Positions 48,501 to 61,400 of a stretch of DNA of 64,000 nt are shown here, in pieces. The position numbers and the translations under genes are program-made. Source of the stretch: Dendrobates tinctorius (Eukaryota); contig NW_027361767.1 of assembly GCF_039654945.1 (NCBI RefSeq), forward strand, positions 310,001-374,000. The letters are read 5' to 3'. Within the stretch, counting starts at the first letter, position 1, and every line of letters begins with the position of its first letter. The notes below the pieces were generated by a model. It did not search any database and had not been told where the DNA came from. It saw only the letters and a list, made by a program, of their open reading frames with translations.

Positions 48501-51500
48501 AAGAATAACGGGAGGAGGAGGAGAACGAGGACCGGAGAAGAATAACGGGAGGAGGAGGAGAACGAGGACCGGAGAAGAATAACGGGAGGAGGAGGAGAAC
48601 GAGGACCGGAGAAGAATAACGGGAGGAGGAGGAGAACGAGGACCGGAGAAGAATAACGGGAGGAGGAGGAGAACGAGGACCGGAGAAGAATAACGGGAGG
48701 AGGAGGAGAACGAGGACCGGAGAAGAATAACGGGAGGAGGAGGAGAACGAGGACCGGAGAAGAATAACGGGAGGAGGAGGAGAACGAGGACCGGAGAAGA
48801 ATAACGGGAGGAGGAGGAGGACCGGAGAAGAATAACGGGAGGAGGAGGAGAACGAGGACCGGAGAAGAATAACGGGAGGAGAACGAGGACCGGAGAAGAA
48901 TAACGGGAGGAGGAGGAGAACGAGGACCGGAGAAGAATAACGGGAGGAGGAGAGAGGACCGGAGAAGAATAACGGGAGGAGGAGGAGAACGAGGACCGGA
49001 GAAGAATAACGGGAGGAGAACGAGGACCGGAGAAGAATAACGGGAGGAGGAGGAGAACGAGGACCGGAGAAGAATAACGGGAGGAGGAGAGAGGACCGGA
49101 GAAGAATAACGGGAGGAGGAGGAGAACGAGGACCGGAGAAGAATAACGGGAGGAGGAGGAGAACGAGGACCGGAGAAGAATAACGGGAGGAGGAGGAGGA
49201 CCGGAGAAGAATAACGGGAGGAGGAGGAGAACGAGGACCGGAGAAGAATAACGGGAGGAGAACGAGGACCGGAGAAGAATAACGGGAGGAGGAGGAGGAG
49301 AACGAGGACCGGAGAAGAATAACGGGAGGAGGAGGAGGACCGGAGAAGAATAACGGGAGGAGGAGGAGAACGAGGACCGGAGAAGAATAACGGGAGGAGA
49401 ACGAGGACCGGAGAAGAATAACGGGAGGAGGAGGAGAACGAGGACCGGAGAAGAATAACGGGAGGAGGAGAGAGGACCGGAGAAGAATAACGGGAGGAGG
49501 AGGAGAACGAGGACCGGAGAAGAATAACGGGAGGAGAACGAGGACCGGAGAAGAATAACGGGAGGAGGAGGAGAACGAGGACCGGAGAAGAATAACGGGA
49601 GGAGGAGAGAGGACCGGAGAAGAATAACGGGAGGAGGAGGAGAACGAGGACCGGAGAAGAATAACGGGAGGAGGAGGAGAACGAGGACCGGAGAAGAATA
49701 ACGGGAGGAGGAGGAGAACGAGGACCGGAGAAGAATAACGGGAGGAGGAGAGAGGACCGGAGAAGAATAACGGGAGGAGGAGGAGAACGAGGACCGGAGA
49801 AGAATAACGGGAGGAGGAGGAGAACGAGGACCGGAGAAGAATAACGGGAGGAGAACGAGGACCGGAGAAGAATAACGGGAGGAGGAGGAGAACGAGGACC
49901 GGAGAAGAATAACGGGAGGAGGAGAGAGGACCGGAGATGAATAACGGGAGGAGGAGAGAGATGACCGGAGAAGAATAACGGGAGGAGGAGGAGGAGAACA
50001 AGGACCTAAGAAGAATAACGGGAGGAGAGAGAGGACCGGAGAAGAATAACGGGAGGAGGAGGAGAACGAGGAACGGAGAGAAATAACGGGAGGATGAGAG
50101 AGAGGACTGTAGAAGAATAACAGGAGGAGGAGGAGAGAGAGGACCGGAGAAGAATAATGGGAGGAGGAGAGAGGACCGATGAAGAGGAGGAGATAGAGGA
50201 CTGGACAAGAATAACGGGAGGAGGAGGAGAGAGAGGACTGGAGAAAAATAATGGAAGAAGTAGACATAGGACAGGCATAACGGGGGGAGGAAAGAGAAGA
50301 CTGGAGAGGAATAATGGGAGGAGGAAAGAGGGAGAGGACCAGAAAGGAATAACGTGAGGCAGAGAGGGAGGAATGGATAGGGATATTGGGAGGAGGAGAG
50401 CGAGAACCAGAGACAAATAACTGGAGGAGAACGAGAGTATTGGAGTGAAATAACTGGTGGAGGAGAGAGGGGACCTGGAAGGAATATTGGGAGGAGGAGA
50501 GGGGGGATAGGAGAAGAATATTGAGGAGGAGACAGAGGACTGGAGAGTAATAACAAGGAGTAGGAAAGATAGGACTGGAGAGGAATAACAGGGAGGAGGA
50601 GACGACAGAGGACCGGAGAGGAATAACAGGGAGGACGAGAGGGAAAGGATCGGAGAGGAATTACAGGAGGAGGAGAGGGAGAGGACCGGAGAGGAATATC
50701 GTGAGGAGGAGAGAGAGGACTGGATAAGAATAACGGGAGGAGAGAGCAGATGGGAGAGGAATAACAGGAGGAGAGAGAACTGGAGAGAAATTGTGGGAGA
50801 AAATCTAGTGATGCAGATTGATACGTGGGGTATAATCTATCACGATATCAGGATTGGCCTCTGTTATAATCATTGTTTCATCTTCCTCCACACTCACATT
50901 CTGAGCTGTCTCGGAGCAGTATAGATATTCTGATGACAATCAGTGCTGAGCACTCGCATCCACTCTCCATCTCACGGGTCTTCCCTGGACACATCATGAT
51001 GATCTACAGAGCTTCTCAGGCATCAGGTGTAGTCTTGCAGTTTGTCTGGCTGAGAACATTAGAGAGAAGGATTTCCTGTCAATAGTTTTAGGTGGATAAA
51101 GCAGTTTTGTTATGTGGTCTGGGGATGTCCACGCTGGCTAAACCTTCTGAGTTTTCTCTACACTGTACCAAAAAAAATATTATTCTTCAGAGCCCTTTTG
51201 TACAAATATAGAAAAGGCGCATGGATTGGGCCGACATAATAATAAAAAAATGCTTACACTTTGCGAGTGGGACAACATCCACTTGTGTGCGTGTGCATTC
51301 ACCTTCCCCCATTGACACCAGTGAGTCTGGAGCTTCCAGTCCAGGCAGATAACAGGATCTAATATAAATACTTGCCCCCAACACACATGAAGGGAGCACG
51401 ATCATCATATGGGAGACGGTTCCCACATCCCACACATACGGGTTAGTCTGTTTTTAGTACATTTTTATGTCAAATGTATGTATAATAAACTCAGGCTTTC

Positions 51501-54500
51501 CATCCATGCTTCTGCAGAGATCCAGTTTAGCTGCGGCTCCTTTATTTTTCTACAGTGACAATAACTAACTTTTATCTGTTTTGTATTGTTTTCCAGATTA
51601 CAGGACAACTTTCCCCTCGGTTGTTCCGGAAGCTGCCCCCTCGTCTCTGCGTGTCTCTGCGCAACATCGTGGACGAGGAGTTCCTACGAAAGGGGTAATT
51701 ATTTTACACTTGGACCATTTTTACTTGTCAGAAACCAAGCAGTGTCTTTTTTTGCCTCAATGGGGGAGGCACATGGCTCACCATTTTGCTGTTCTTTGAA
51801 TCCCTGTGTCATGCTCTGTCCCTTTAGAGCTCTGCAATAGGCATAATACTATATCCGTTTTGTATTATGTCAGCTCATTATATGTTTATATGAGAAGAAA
51901 GCAGAGCTGCAGTAAAAAGTATGGCAGATAAACCAGCAACAGCCTTAGATTGAGAAGGGTCAGGATTTGGATTTCAGATTTCAGACTACCTCAGACTCCT
52001 ATTGACCATGCAGCTTGGGTGGGAGCCATTAATTATAGCTAAGAATAGCAAAGCAGCGGGCAATAGAAAGTAGTGAATGCTTTAGTTTTCTGTCAAGTGT
52101 TGCTGTTTATAAGTTTTTCAGTCTTCATATGTGTTTTTTCCTCCAGTCACGTCTTCCTGGGGTTCTCCAAATGCGGTCGCTTTGTATTATCCTACACCAG
52201 TGACGTGTTGGATGATGATTTCGCCTTTTACTCCTATCACCTCTATTGGTGGCAATTCCAAGTACACAGCAAGCTGCGCCTGGTGAGTCCTCCGTGCCCA
52301 TCTGTGTGCTGACCTAGTATCAACCTGTATGCAGAGCATCAGTTCACAGCCTGTTATATCTCCACTCCTAGGTGCGGCAAGTCCGGCTCTTCCAGGATGA
52401 GGAGATTTATAGTGACTTGTATCTGACGGTATGCGAGTGGCCGAGTGACAGTTCCAAAGTCATCGTATTTGGCTTCAAGTAAGTCCTAAATAAAGTAGCC
52501 AGCTGCTTAGATAAAAAGGGACTCCTTTTCTAAATTTCCTAGGTTACGGGCAACCTCTGCAGTATTACAAAATTGGCCTATCTCCCCGGCAAGGAGCTTC
52601 GTGCTTATGGGTGGTGAATGGATCTACACTCCAATGCAGCAGAGGCAAAGCTTCCTCACATTGCAGAACTGGAGAGTTCACTGCTATTGGCGCAACTATG
52701 CTGCTGGTCCGAACTGTCAGTCATTCAGTAGTACACCGCCCCCCCCCCCCCCAGGAAGCTGGGAGGCAGGAGAACATTTTCTATTGGATGTTTGAAGGTC
52801 ACCATATATTCTGCACTCTTTCCCAGCACATCTGGTAACGGTATGTTAATGAACATGATGAGCGATGAGAACCACAGAGACATTTATATCAGCACGGTGT
52901 CTGCGCCCCCAACGTCCCCCTGCACCGACTGCAGAGAGTCCCCAAAAGGTAGAGCCATATATGAAGGAGCAGAGTTGTAGCTGATGACGACTGTGACATT
53001 CCAGTATATAACACAGCGTTTATTTCCAGGCCCATGTCTCCAGCACAGCTTCATGCTCCATACGAAGTATCAGGTGGTTTACCCTTTCCCTACGTTTCAG
53101 CCGGCATTTCAGCTGAAGAAGGACAACGTGGTTCTGCTGAATACCAGCTTCTCCCTGGTGGCCTGTGCAATATCCGTGCACCCTTCAGGTAACTCGTGCG
53201 ACTCCTTTCTGGCTGTTGTAACGTACTTTTTTCGGGGCCCACTTCATGCCTAACTTTTATTTTTTATTGTTTAAGGTGATAAAGAATCCAATCAAATTTT
53301 GTACAGCAAACAAAACCAACACAATGCCCATGCCAGCTGCGCCTTGTCTTTCAGCCCTAGTGTCGCTTCCTCCGGGGGGCATTCTCCTCTTCCCTCTGAA
53401 CCTTGCTCCCCCACCCCTCCGGGAACTCCACCAGCTGTCACCCGGGCCCGAGAATTTGTGGCCGGTATATTCCGTCGAGCCCGGGAGGCATCTGGACTGG
53501 AGGCCGAAGACAAAGGAGAACGGCCCGGACCAAGCAAGCAAAGTCCTTCACAGCCATCTGACCCAGATTCTCCTACATGGCACCGTACTATTAACGAAGG
53601 TCACTCAAGGTCCAGTGGTCACACGGAGGAGCCCAGTTACGTAAACTACACACAGTTACGTTACGTCCTCGGTCAGGTGACCGAGACGGATCAAGAGAGC
53701 GGTGAGAGCGTTGTGGAGGGGAGCGAGACCTGTTGAAGCACGGTAAAATAAGCGGGGGATGGGCACATTTTAACCATTTTGTTCTTTGTAGAATATGAAG
53801 ATGACAAGATCTCGCTCCCATTCCTGGTCACTGATCTGAAGGGGCAGCACCTGAAACCGCTAAACGACAAGGCTTCTTTCAAGGTACAGATGGTCTCTCC
53901 AGTTTCATTTATTTCTTATGTGCAGTTTCTGACCCTCTCACCCCAGTCTCTTGTCACTCAGGGCCAACATCTCACTGTGGAGCAACTCACCCTGGACTTT
54001 GAATACGTCATAAATGAAGTGATCCGCCATGACGCCTCGTGGTATCGGCAGTTCTGCTCCTTCAGTGATTATGATATAGTTATCCTAGAGGTAAAGTGAT
54101 CTATGTGTGTGTGATTTACACCTTAACGAGTGACATATCCTTCACAGACAAGAATAGCTTAGTGCTTTGGTGAATATATCCACTGGTGGGCCTTGTCCAC
54201 CATAATAGTCTCTGAGCTCAGCTGCCTGTGACCGGGTGGGTTCCTGCTGTGAGGAGGGGGCTGCTGGCAATGGAGTCCTCTGCAAGTATTTTCTTTCCCT
54301 CAGATGTGTCCTGAAACCAACCAGGTGATAATGAACATCGGCCTCCTGCTCCTCGCCTTCCCTGCTCCACAAGAGGACGCTCAGCTCAGGTGGGTTACCT
54401 TAGGAACCGGGACTGCGCCTCGTCGTACCTCCAGAGCCTCGCTCACACCTGTCTGCTTCATCCCATAGGCCTAAGACTTATCACACAAGCCTAAAAGTAG

Positions 54501-54905
54501 CCTGGGACCTGCATACCGGCGTGTTCAGCACCCTGAGCGTGGGGGAACTTACTGAGGTGAAGGGACAGACTAGGTAAATAACCACCTCATGCACCCAGTT
54601 TTGTTTCCTTTGCTGGGTCTTTGGGGGTTCTTCACCTTTTTGTGTTTCCTCAGTGGCAGCGTATGGAGCTCGTACCGGAAGAGTTGCGTAGACACGGTCA
54701 TGAAGTGGTTGGTCCCAGAAAACAGCGCCCGATACGTGAACCGTATGACAAACGAGGCGCTACATAAAGGTACAGCAAACTCAGGCCCCCATTGCTCACG
54801 TATCTCGGTGCTTATAGAAGCCCACTCATGTAATCTCCTTTCCACACAGGCTGCTCGCTCAAGGTCTTGGCGGACAGTGTGCGATACACGTGGATTGTGC
54901 TGTGA
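45546..54905 (+). CDS. DCAF15: DDB1- and CUL4-associated factor 15, 13 coding exons
   Basis: Exons 45546-45635, 51597-51694, 52147-52282, 52372-52478, 52827-52948, 53030-53188, 53276-53701, 53792-53883, 53947-54090, 54304-54389, 54469-54573, 54654-54769, 54850-54905. Recognisable [51 protein letters not shown]-stop. Confidence 0.96.
45676..50790. repeat. ~5.1-kb polypurine minisatellite, ~37-bp unit, in DCAF15 intron 1
   Basis: GAGGACCGGAGAAGAATAACGGGAGGAGGAGGAGAAC with variable (GGA)n; homogeneous centre and degenerate ends. Confidence 0.98.
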
Positions 54906-55263
54906 CCCGGCCCATCCGGAGATAGGAACTCTACCTCAGCACAAGCTTCTTGGTGCATCGGGAAGAAGAGGCGCTGCAGTGGGACCGTCATATTAGTCCT
55001 ACTTGTATGCTGCCACCTACTGACCGCTCCTGGAAGATTCCAGCAACGCGTCAGGATCTGAGCTGCTTTTTACGTTCAGTGTGAAGAAAGCCACATTCTG
55101 GATAACATAGGTGGGCCGGTGGTATCCCCTGCTCTTCCCACAGAGGACATTGGTTGTCCCCCTCCCTTTACGTTGTCCAGAAATGAGCAGATGTATTTTT
55201 TTTTTAATGGCATGTGTATGTATATATCACGTTTCCCTTTGTTATGTTGGTCTCCTTTTGTGA

Positions 55264-55269
55264 AATAAA
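55264..55269 (+). terminator. DCAF15 polyadenylation signal (putative)
   Basis: AATAAA followed by a T-rich tract. Confidence 0.7.
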
Positions 55270-55784
55270 TCTTTTTTTTCTTTTTTTTTTTTTCTGTTCA
55301 CAAGTGTCAGATTTGAAGACGAGACTCTCCCTCACCCTCCACATGCTTTATTATCAGAGTCCATTCTCCAATAATTGTGATCCCTGGTTATGAAGTGAAG
55401 TGTAAAAGTATGGGGGGTTAACAGAGCATAGCTTGTATGATAGACCTATTGCCCACTTCCCCTACAAAGCACCGTCCTGAGACTCCTACTGTCTCAAGGT
55501 GGATAAATCGTTTCCCCACTCCTCCCTTCTAAGATTTCTTGTAAGCACTGCCTTGAGCCTCTCCTGCAGTCAGTGATGATACAGGTGCTGGCACTGAAGC
55601 CCGCACATGCTCTGTGTACTGTAGGGGAGTGAGGAGTTATAATGATTCATTTACTATAATGAAGTTTAGCACTGGTACACACAGCACCATCTTCCCTGGT
55701 CATGTCACCAGTTCATGAGATGACTTGCTTTTATTGCACTCATTGCCTGCGCATTGTGCTTAGAGCATCTGGATAAGTCCCGCC

Positions 55785-56452
55785 TCCTGCAATGTGGGTT
55801 GTACTGGCCACACCCCCTGACATCCTTTACTAGGCTGAGCCCTGCATTGTGGGCTGTACTGGCCACACCCCTAAGACATCATTCACTGGGCAGAGCTGCT
55901 GGCTGAGCCCTGACTCCTGCATTGTGGGCTGTACTGGCCACACCCCCTAAGACATCATTCACTGGGCAGAGAGCTGCTGGCTGAGCCCTGCCTCCTGCAT
56001 TGTGGGCTGTACTGGCCACACCCCCTGACATCCTTTACTAGGCTGAGCCCTGCATTGTGGGCTGTACTGGCCGCACCCCTAAGACATCATTCACTGGGCA
56101 GAGAGCTGCTGGCTGAGCCCTGACTCCTGCATTGTGGGCTGTACTGGCCACACCCCCTAAGACATCATTCACTGGGCAGAGAGCTGCTGGCTGAGCCCCG
56201 CCTCCTGCATTGTGGGCTGTACTGCCCACACCCCCTATTACATCATTCACTGGGCAGAGAGCTGCTGGCTGAGCCCCGCCTCCTGCATTGTGGGCTGTAC
56301 TGCCCACACCCCCTATTACATCATTCACTGGGCAGAGAGCTGCTGGCAGAGCCCTGCCTCCGGCATTGTGGGCTGTACTGGCCACACCCCCTAGGACATT
56401 CACTGGGCAGAGAGCTGCTGGCTGAGCCCCGCCTCCTGCATTGTGGGCTGTA
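55785..56452. repeat. 78-bp minisatellite between the convergent DCAF15 and RFX1 3' ends
   Basis: gcattgtgggctgtactggccacacccc...gctgagccctgcctcct units, with shorter variants. Confidence 0.92.
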
Positions 56453-56584
56453 CTTGACTTCCAGTCTATGTTCCATTCCTTAAGGGACCTTAGCAGAAAG
56501 TAAGGAGTCGGAGGCTACATCACCGAATGTGACAGCTGGGGAACAGAGGCCCTTTCATCAAATGTTTCATGTTGAACTGGACAC

Positions 56585-56776
56585 TAGTGATGAAAGCAAG
56601 TGTTTGTTACCTGGGTTTGCTGTGGGTACTGGGGTATGCCAGTGTTTGGCAAGAAATCCCTGAACGTTTTGTGGCAGCCTCTGCAGAACATGCAGCCACG
56701 GGGATGCAAACATCTCACTCGAGCACCCGCAATACCCAGCGCAAACTCGAGTAACGAGCACTTGCGTTCATCACTA
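56585..56776. mobile_element. hAT-type MITE
   Basis: 8-bp TSD CTGGACAC on both sides; TIRs TAGTGATGAA / TTCATCACTA. Confidence 0.85.
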
Positions 56777-56789
56777 CTGGACACACAAT

Positions 56790-57278
56790 GTAATAGGTGC
56801 TGTAGAGCAGAATTATTTTTTTTTCACCTTTGTTGCAGACATATTAGCAATCAACGTAGTCCGCACCTAAACAGCTAAAAATAAATTAAGTCCAAGTGGG
56901 CATTGCCAGAGAGATTTCACTGGGGGCCTGTACTTTCTCTTTCTGACACTGACCAATCATAAGCAGGCAGCAATTTACTGGGTAAAAAAAAGTACATGCC
57001 CGCAGTGAACACTCTGATAACGCCCATTTGGAATTAACGAATTTTTAAAAAAAAAATTTAGGTGCCAAATCAATAACTAACATTTCAGCAATGGAGAGGC
57101 AAAACTAATTTTTTGGGCACTTCATTGTGGGACATAGGAACCATGGCTGCCGCCGGAAGGGCAGATAACTGATTTTATCAAAACTGCAGGAAAGTTGTAT
57201 TGCAGGAATCAGCATCTCTTTGCCCCTACATTATATAGTTCTCAGATGGGGTTGTAAGAAGTTGTAGACAGATTCCCT
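56790..57278. mobile_element. Decayed Kolobok/T2-type MITE
   Basis: Right end GACAGATTCCCT-TTAA as in the 25878 element; internal inverted repeats; left end lost. Confidence 0.55.
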
Positions 57279-58444
57279 TTAAGGGCTATCCAATATATCC
57301 TACTAATATTCAATTGCTGGGCACCTGTCTTCCAGCCCCCATTTGAAGAACTCTTCATTGTTGTACACTGGTTTTGCATCCATCATACCTTTTGTAGCGA
57401 CTGTCAGGTATGAATGAATAGAGCAAGTTGTGGCGTGACATCGCCCAAGGGTGGCTAATCTAAAGAAGAACCACGGACGCCGCCAGGTAAGATGTTTTTC
57501 TCCCTCCCCTGTGCGAATGGATCCGCACTAACTCTGCTTATAACCCCTTCAATAATGGCTCTCGTGTAACTTTCAGAACACAGCAAAAAAAAATTTAATT
57601 GTGTATTTTAGAAATAATACAAAAAGTTAGAAAATCTTTTTGCTCGCGGTTCCCCCTCGCCCATCTTCCGCTTTCTGCGTTATCAACATAAAACTAATAT
57701 AGATATATATATATATATATATATCGCTTATACAAAATACAATGCCTCCTCTCCCTCATACAGACAGGCGGATCACAAAGGGAATGACGAACAAGAGACG
57801 TGTAAGGCCATGGTGTGTGGTGGAGCACGCAGGCGTCCCACTGCGACAAGAGCACAATATTCAGCATCAGTAACAGTAAGGAGTACAAGCCAGGGAGGAG
57901 GGAGCAGGGAAAGATTAAGGCAGTAGAATCAGATCATGTTAGAGGTTTACACTAGAGGTAGGCACCCTGCAGCTGTTGTCGAACTACAACGCCCAGTGGG
58001 CAGGAATGCTGGGCTTTGTAGTTCCCAACACCTGAAAGCCTGATTTATAGATTACCATTGAATTTGGCCAGCAACATACCTACATTTTGGCAGCATATGG
58101 GATAGGACTGCTACTATATATACGGTCTTGGCACTGAGAATTGACCGTCTGCCACTGTGGGATCTGTCATATAGATGGACTATGTATATACATATAGACA
58201 CGCACGAGGTACAGAAGCCTCTGTGAATGGTATTCACAATGGTGGCCGTGTATACGACTAGCTCTCACTGTGTCTATGTACACAGATGGGGTATCAAGCT
58301 CACAAGAGCCCTTCTCCTTGTTGGTAATGATCACATACTTAGTGCAATGTTGGAGCGATTGCAGAGGTGACCGCCCGGCTTTCTCCCATCCATGCTGCCA
58401 TGCGTGAGTTATGGAGCACCTTTGGCCAGTCTGCAACTAGTTAA

Positions 58445-61400
58445 TTAGGTGTTGGGAGCAACCTGGGCAAAAATTCCCTGATCGTCGGTTCGAGCCAACT
58501 TGCTAGGTGGCTCGAGAGAATCGGATCCAAGGGCGTTGGAAGAGTCATTGGCGTGGAGGGGCAGCTCGTGAGTGATGTCCTCGTCACTCTCATCATCCTC
58601 CTCTTCTTCATCTAAGGGGTTGTAATATGACAATGTCAGTATTGTCTGAGACTATGGAAAAAGTGTGGACAGCAAATTACCGTTCACTGAAAATGGGCCT
58701 GACATTGACAGACGAGAGGCGCCATTTCTGGCCCAACACCTACCCTTGTCTTGATCCATAGGGTGGGATGAGCTCCCGGCATTAGTAAACTGGAAAATAA
58801 GAGATTATAATAAGACAGGGTGAAATGTCAGTGCTATGGAGGAAAGCATAACTCCTTAGTGCAAAAATATGCACCAGTACGTCCGTGCAGGGGTCCACAT
58901 TTGTGGAGGGGGCTCATGAGCGGAGTCCTATCTGCACACAGCAGTTGCTGGCTGTGTTACATAGCTGGTATGGATCTGGACCTTGCTCGGATCGCTGCTG
59001 TTTAACAATTAAGCTGGACTGGCTGCTCACAATGCTGTTGCATTACAAGGTAAACTAATCGGTGTCATAAAATTAAAACACATCCTGCAAAAAAAAAAAA
59101 AAAAAAAACAAGCCCCCATGTGGCAATGTAGATGGACAAATAGAAAAGTTATGGCTATTCCTCATAACTCACCTCTCCCATGACTGCAATGGGAGTCTCT
59201 CCTCGGGCCTGAGCCACGCGATGCTCTATCAGGTAGTACATGTACTCATCATATAGGAGGCGAATCAGATGAAAGGAGCCAAAGCTGGCTGCACTGCGCA
59301 GAGTGAGGTCCCGGATCACCATAGAGCTGGGGGAGGACAAGAAAGCCATGTGTGGTAATCATCGCCGCACCCTCACTCGCTTCCCCTGTCCCCAGGATAT
59401 GTGTCCCACCTGTAGAAGGACCACTTTAGCAGAAACAGTTTTGCAGCTTTGGAAAATCCGGGGTTGCCCTGATAAGGCTTCAGCACCTGGGAGACAACTC
59501 CGTCCAGCCACACGGCCCACTGCTCCAGGGAGCTCTGCTGCTGCAGCGTCAGCTTAAAGTCCTGCTCCAGGCGCTGGACCACTCGGTCGGCACAGCGGCA
59601 CACCCACGAGGCCTGCTCCTGCGGGGAGGAGACCGACAGCGGCCAATCACATTTCACTTCTCACTTTTTATTTGGTTGGTTCCCCGTACTTTCGCACTGG
59701 AGGCGAGCGATGGCAATGACTTAACGTCTGTCAACGTGACGCCTTACTGGTCTTGACATGAAAAAGAGCTGCGTGGAACAACCTCTTTAAAAGCATACTG
59801 TTGTAGAAAGAGAATAAAAGTGACAACGAGGGAACAATGCTTACCTGTACATTGGTGAAATCTACCCGGTTGAGGTCACTGAGCATCTGGTTGATCTGGG
59901 CCGTATTCTGCAGCACTGCTCGGGCCGCCTGTGCCAGGTGATTTAATGATGTATAGCGGCGCAGAGTCTGGGCAAAGGCACTTGCCGCACCAACCTAATA
60001 TGTCAGAAGAGAGAAGACAACTCTTAGAATCTATGAAACCATATGAGACTTCAATCAGGATCGAACTTTCATTGTGTCTAACGGCTTACTCTCACCTTAA
60101 CTCTCACCATCTCCTCGGGGATATTCATCATTGCGCTGGTCAGCCAACTCTCCAGACTCTTGGCAAAGTTTCGGATGGCTTGTGTTAAAGCACCTGGGTT
60201 AAAGGAGTACACAAGTATGTGAATCCAATCTCTTCTCACCTGTACTTCCTCTTTTCCTAGTGTCATGTAATGAATGTTGTTACTAGGAGGAGGGGGATGC
60301 AGCTGCAGGAGCGACATTCGAGTGGCTCTGCGTTTCTACTTCCTAGATAGGTTGTGCCACTGTGTGTGGCAGCTGCTCCCTTTCCCGACTTTCAAGACTG
60401 GGAATGATGAAATTCTGCACTAAACATAATTATGTGATTATTCTGGGAGTCCTGGATAAGGATGAAGTCATAGGTTATGGTGGTCTGCCACCTTCACCTA
60501 AATCCTGGCACCTCTTACTAGACATCAGCTGGGTATAGGAAAAGCTCACGAATGTGCACACAACAAAAGCCGTCATCAGGCTTTTAACCACTCACTGGGG
60601 ATGGGGCGCAGGACATCTGGGATGAGCGTCTCCACGAGCCCCTGGTACAGCTGGTGATCACAGTCTCGGCACCATTTCAGCAGGGGTTCATACTTGGACA
60701 AGAGGACCAAGCTGTCCTTGGGCAAACGTTTCTCAGCTTCATCATCTCTGAGAGAGGAGGCAGAGGCAAGAATAAGAGAGGAGATAATGGTGGAAGTATG
60801 AGTGACAGGAGGTCAGAAAAGCAGAGGACGTGATGAAGTAACCGAGTGATGTAGGCAGTAATGGAGGTAAAAGACTGATTACAGAGTGCAAGGAAAGACA
60901 AACAGACAGCCATGAGATATGACGGAGAGGTGTAAGGAGACTGGGAAGAGATTTTTTTTTAAGTGCAAGGAAGGGAGGCAGAAATGCGTAAAGACCCCAG
61001 AGAAGAGATGACACAGGCTGTGAATGAGCAAAGAGAAGGTATGAGAGTCACCTTCGCTACTCACATGCTGTTATCACTGTGCTGAGCTTGGTTGAACCTC
61101 CAGAAGGTTTTCCAGAGCGTCTCTACCAATGTAAATTGTAGATTCACTACCACGTCCACGATAGCCTGAGATACAGAATAGTGGTCACGTGTCGGTGAAG
61201 GGCAGAGCTATCCGGTGCTGTAGTATCGGGATTAGGGGTGGGTACCTCACAATGCTCACGGTACAGCAGCTGAAAGGCCTTGATAATGGCCAAGGTGATG
61301 CAATCTGGAAGCGGTTTTCCCTGCAGGTCTAGGTCACCGAACTCTGGAAGTGTCCGAGAGGCATCTGTGAGGAGAAGCAAGAGTAATCGGTGAGTGCAGA

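Noticed and set aside
45564-50556. 1567- and 1648-aa Ser/Pro/Leu-rich minus-strand ORFs
   Set aside because: The pyrimidine strand of the minisatellite lacks stop codons in several frames at once, so this is not evidence of coding
56038-56403. 121-aa ORF with 26-aa repeats
   Set aside because: Translation of the 78-bp minisatellite
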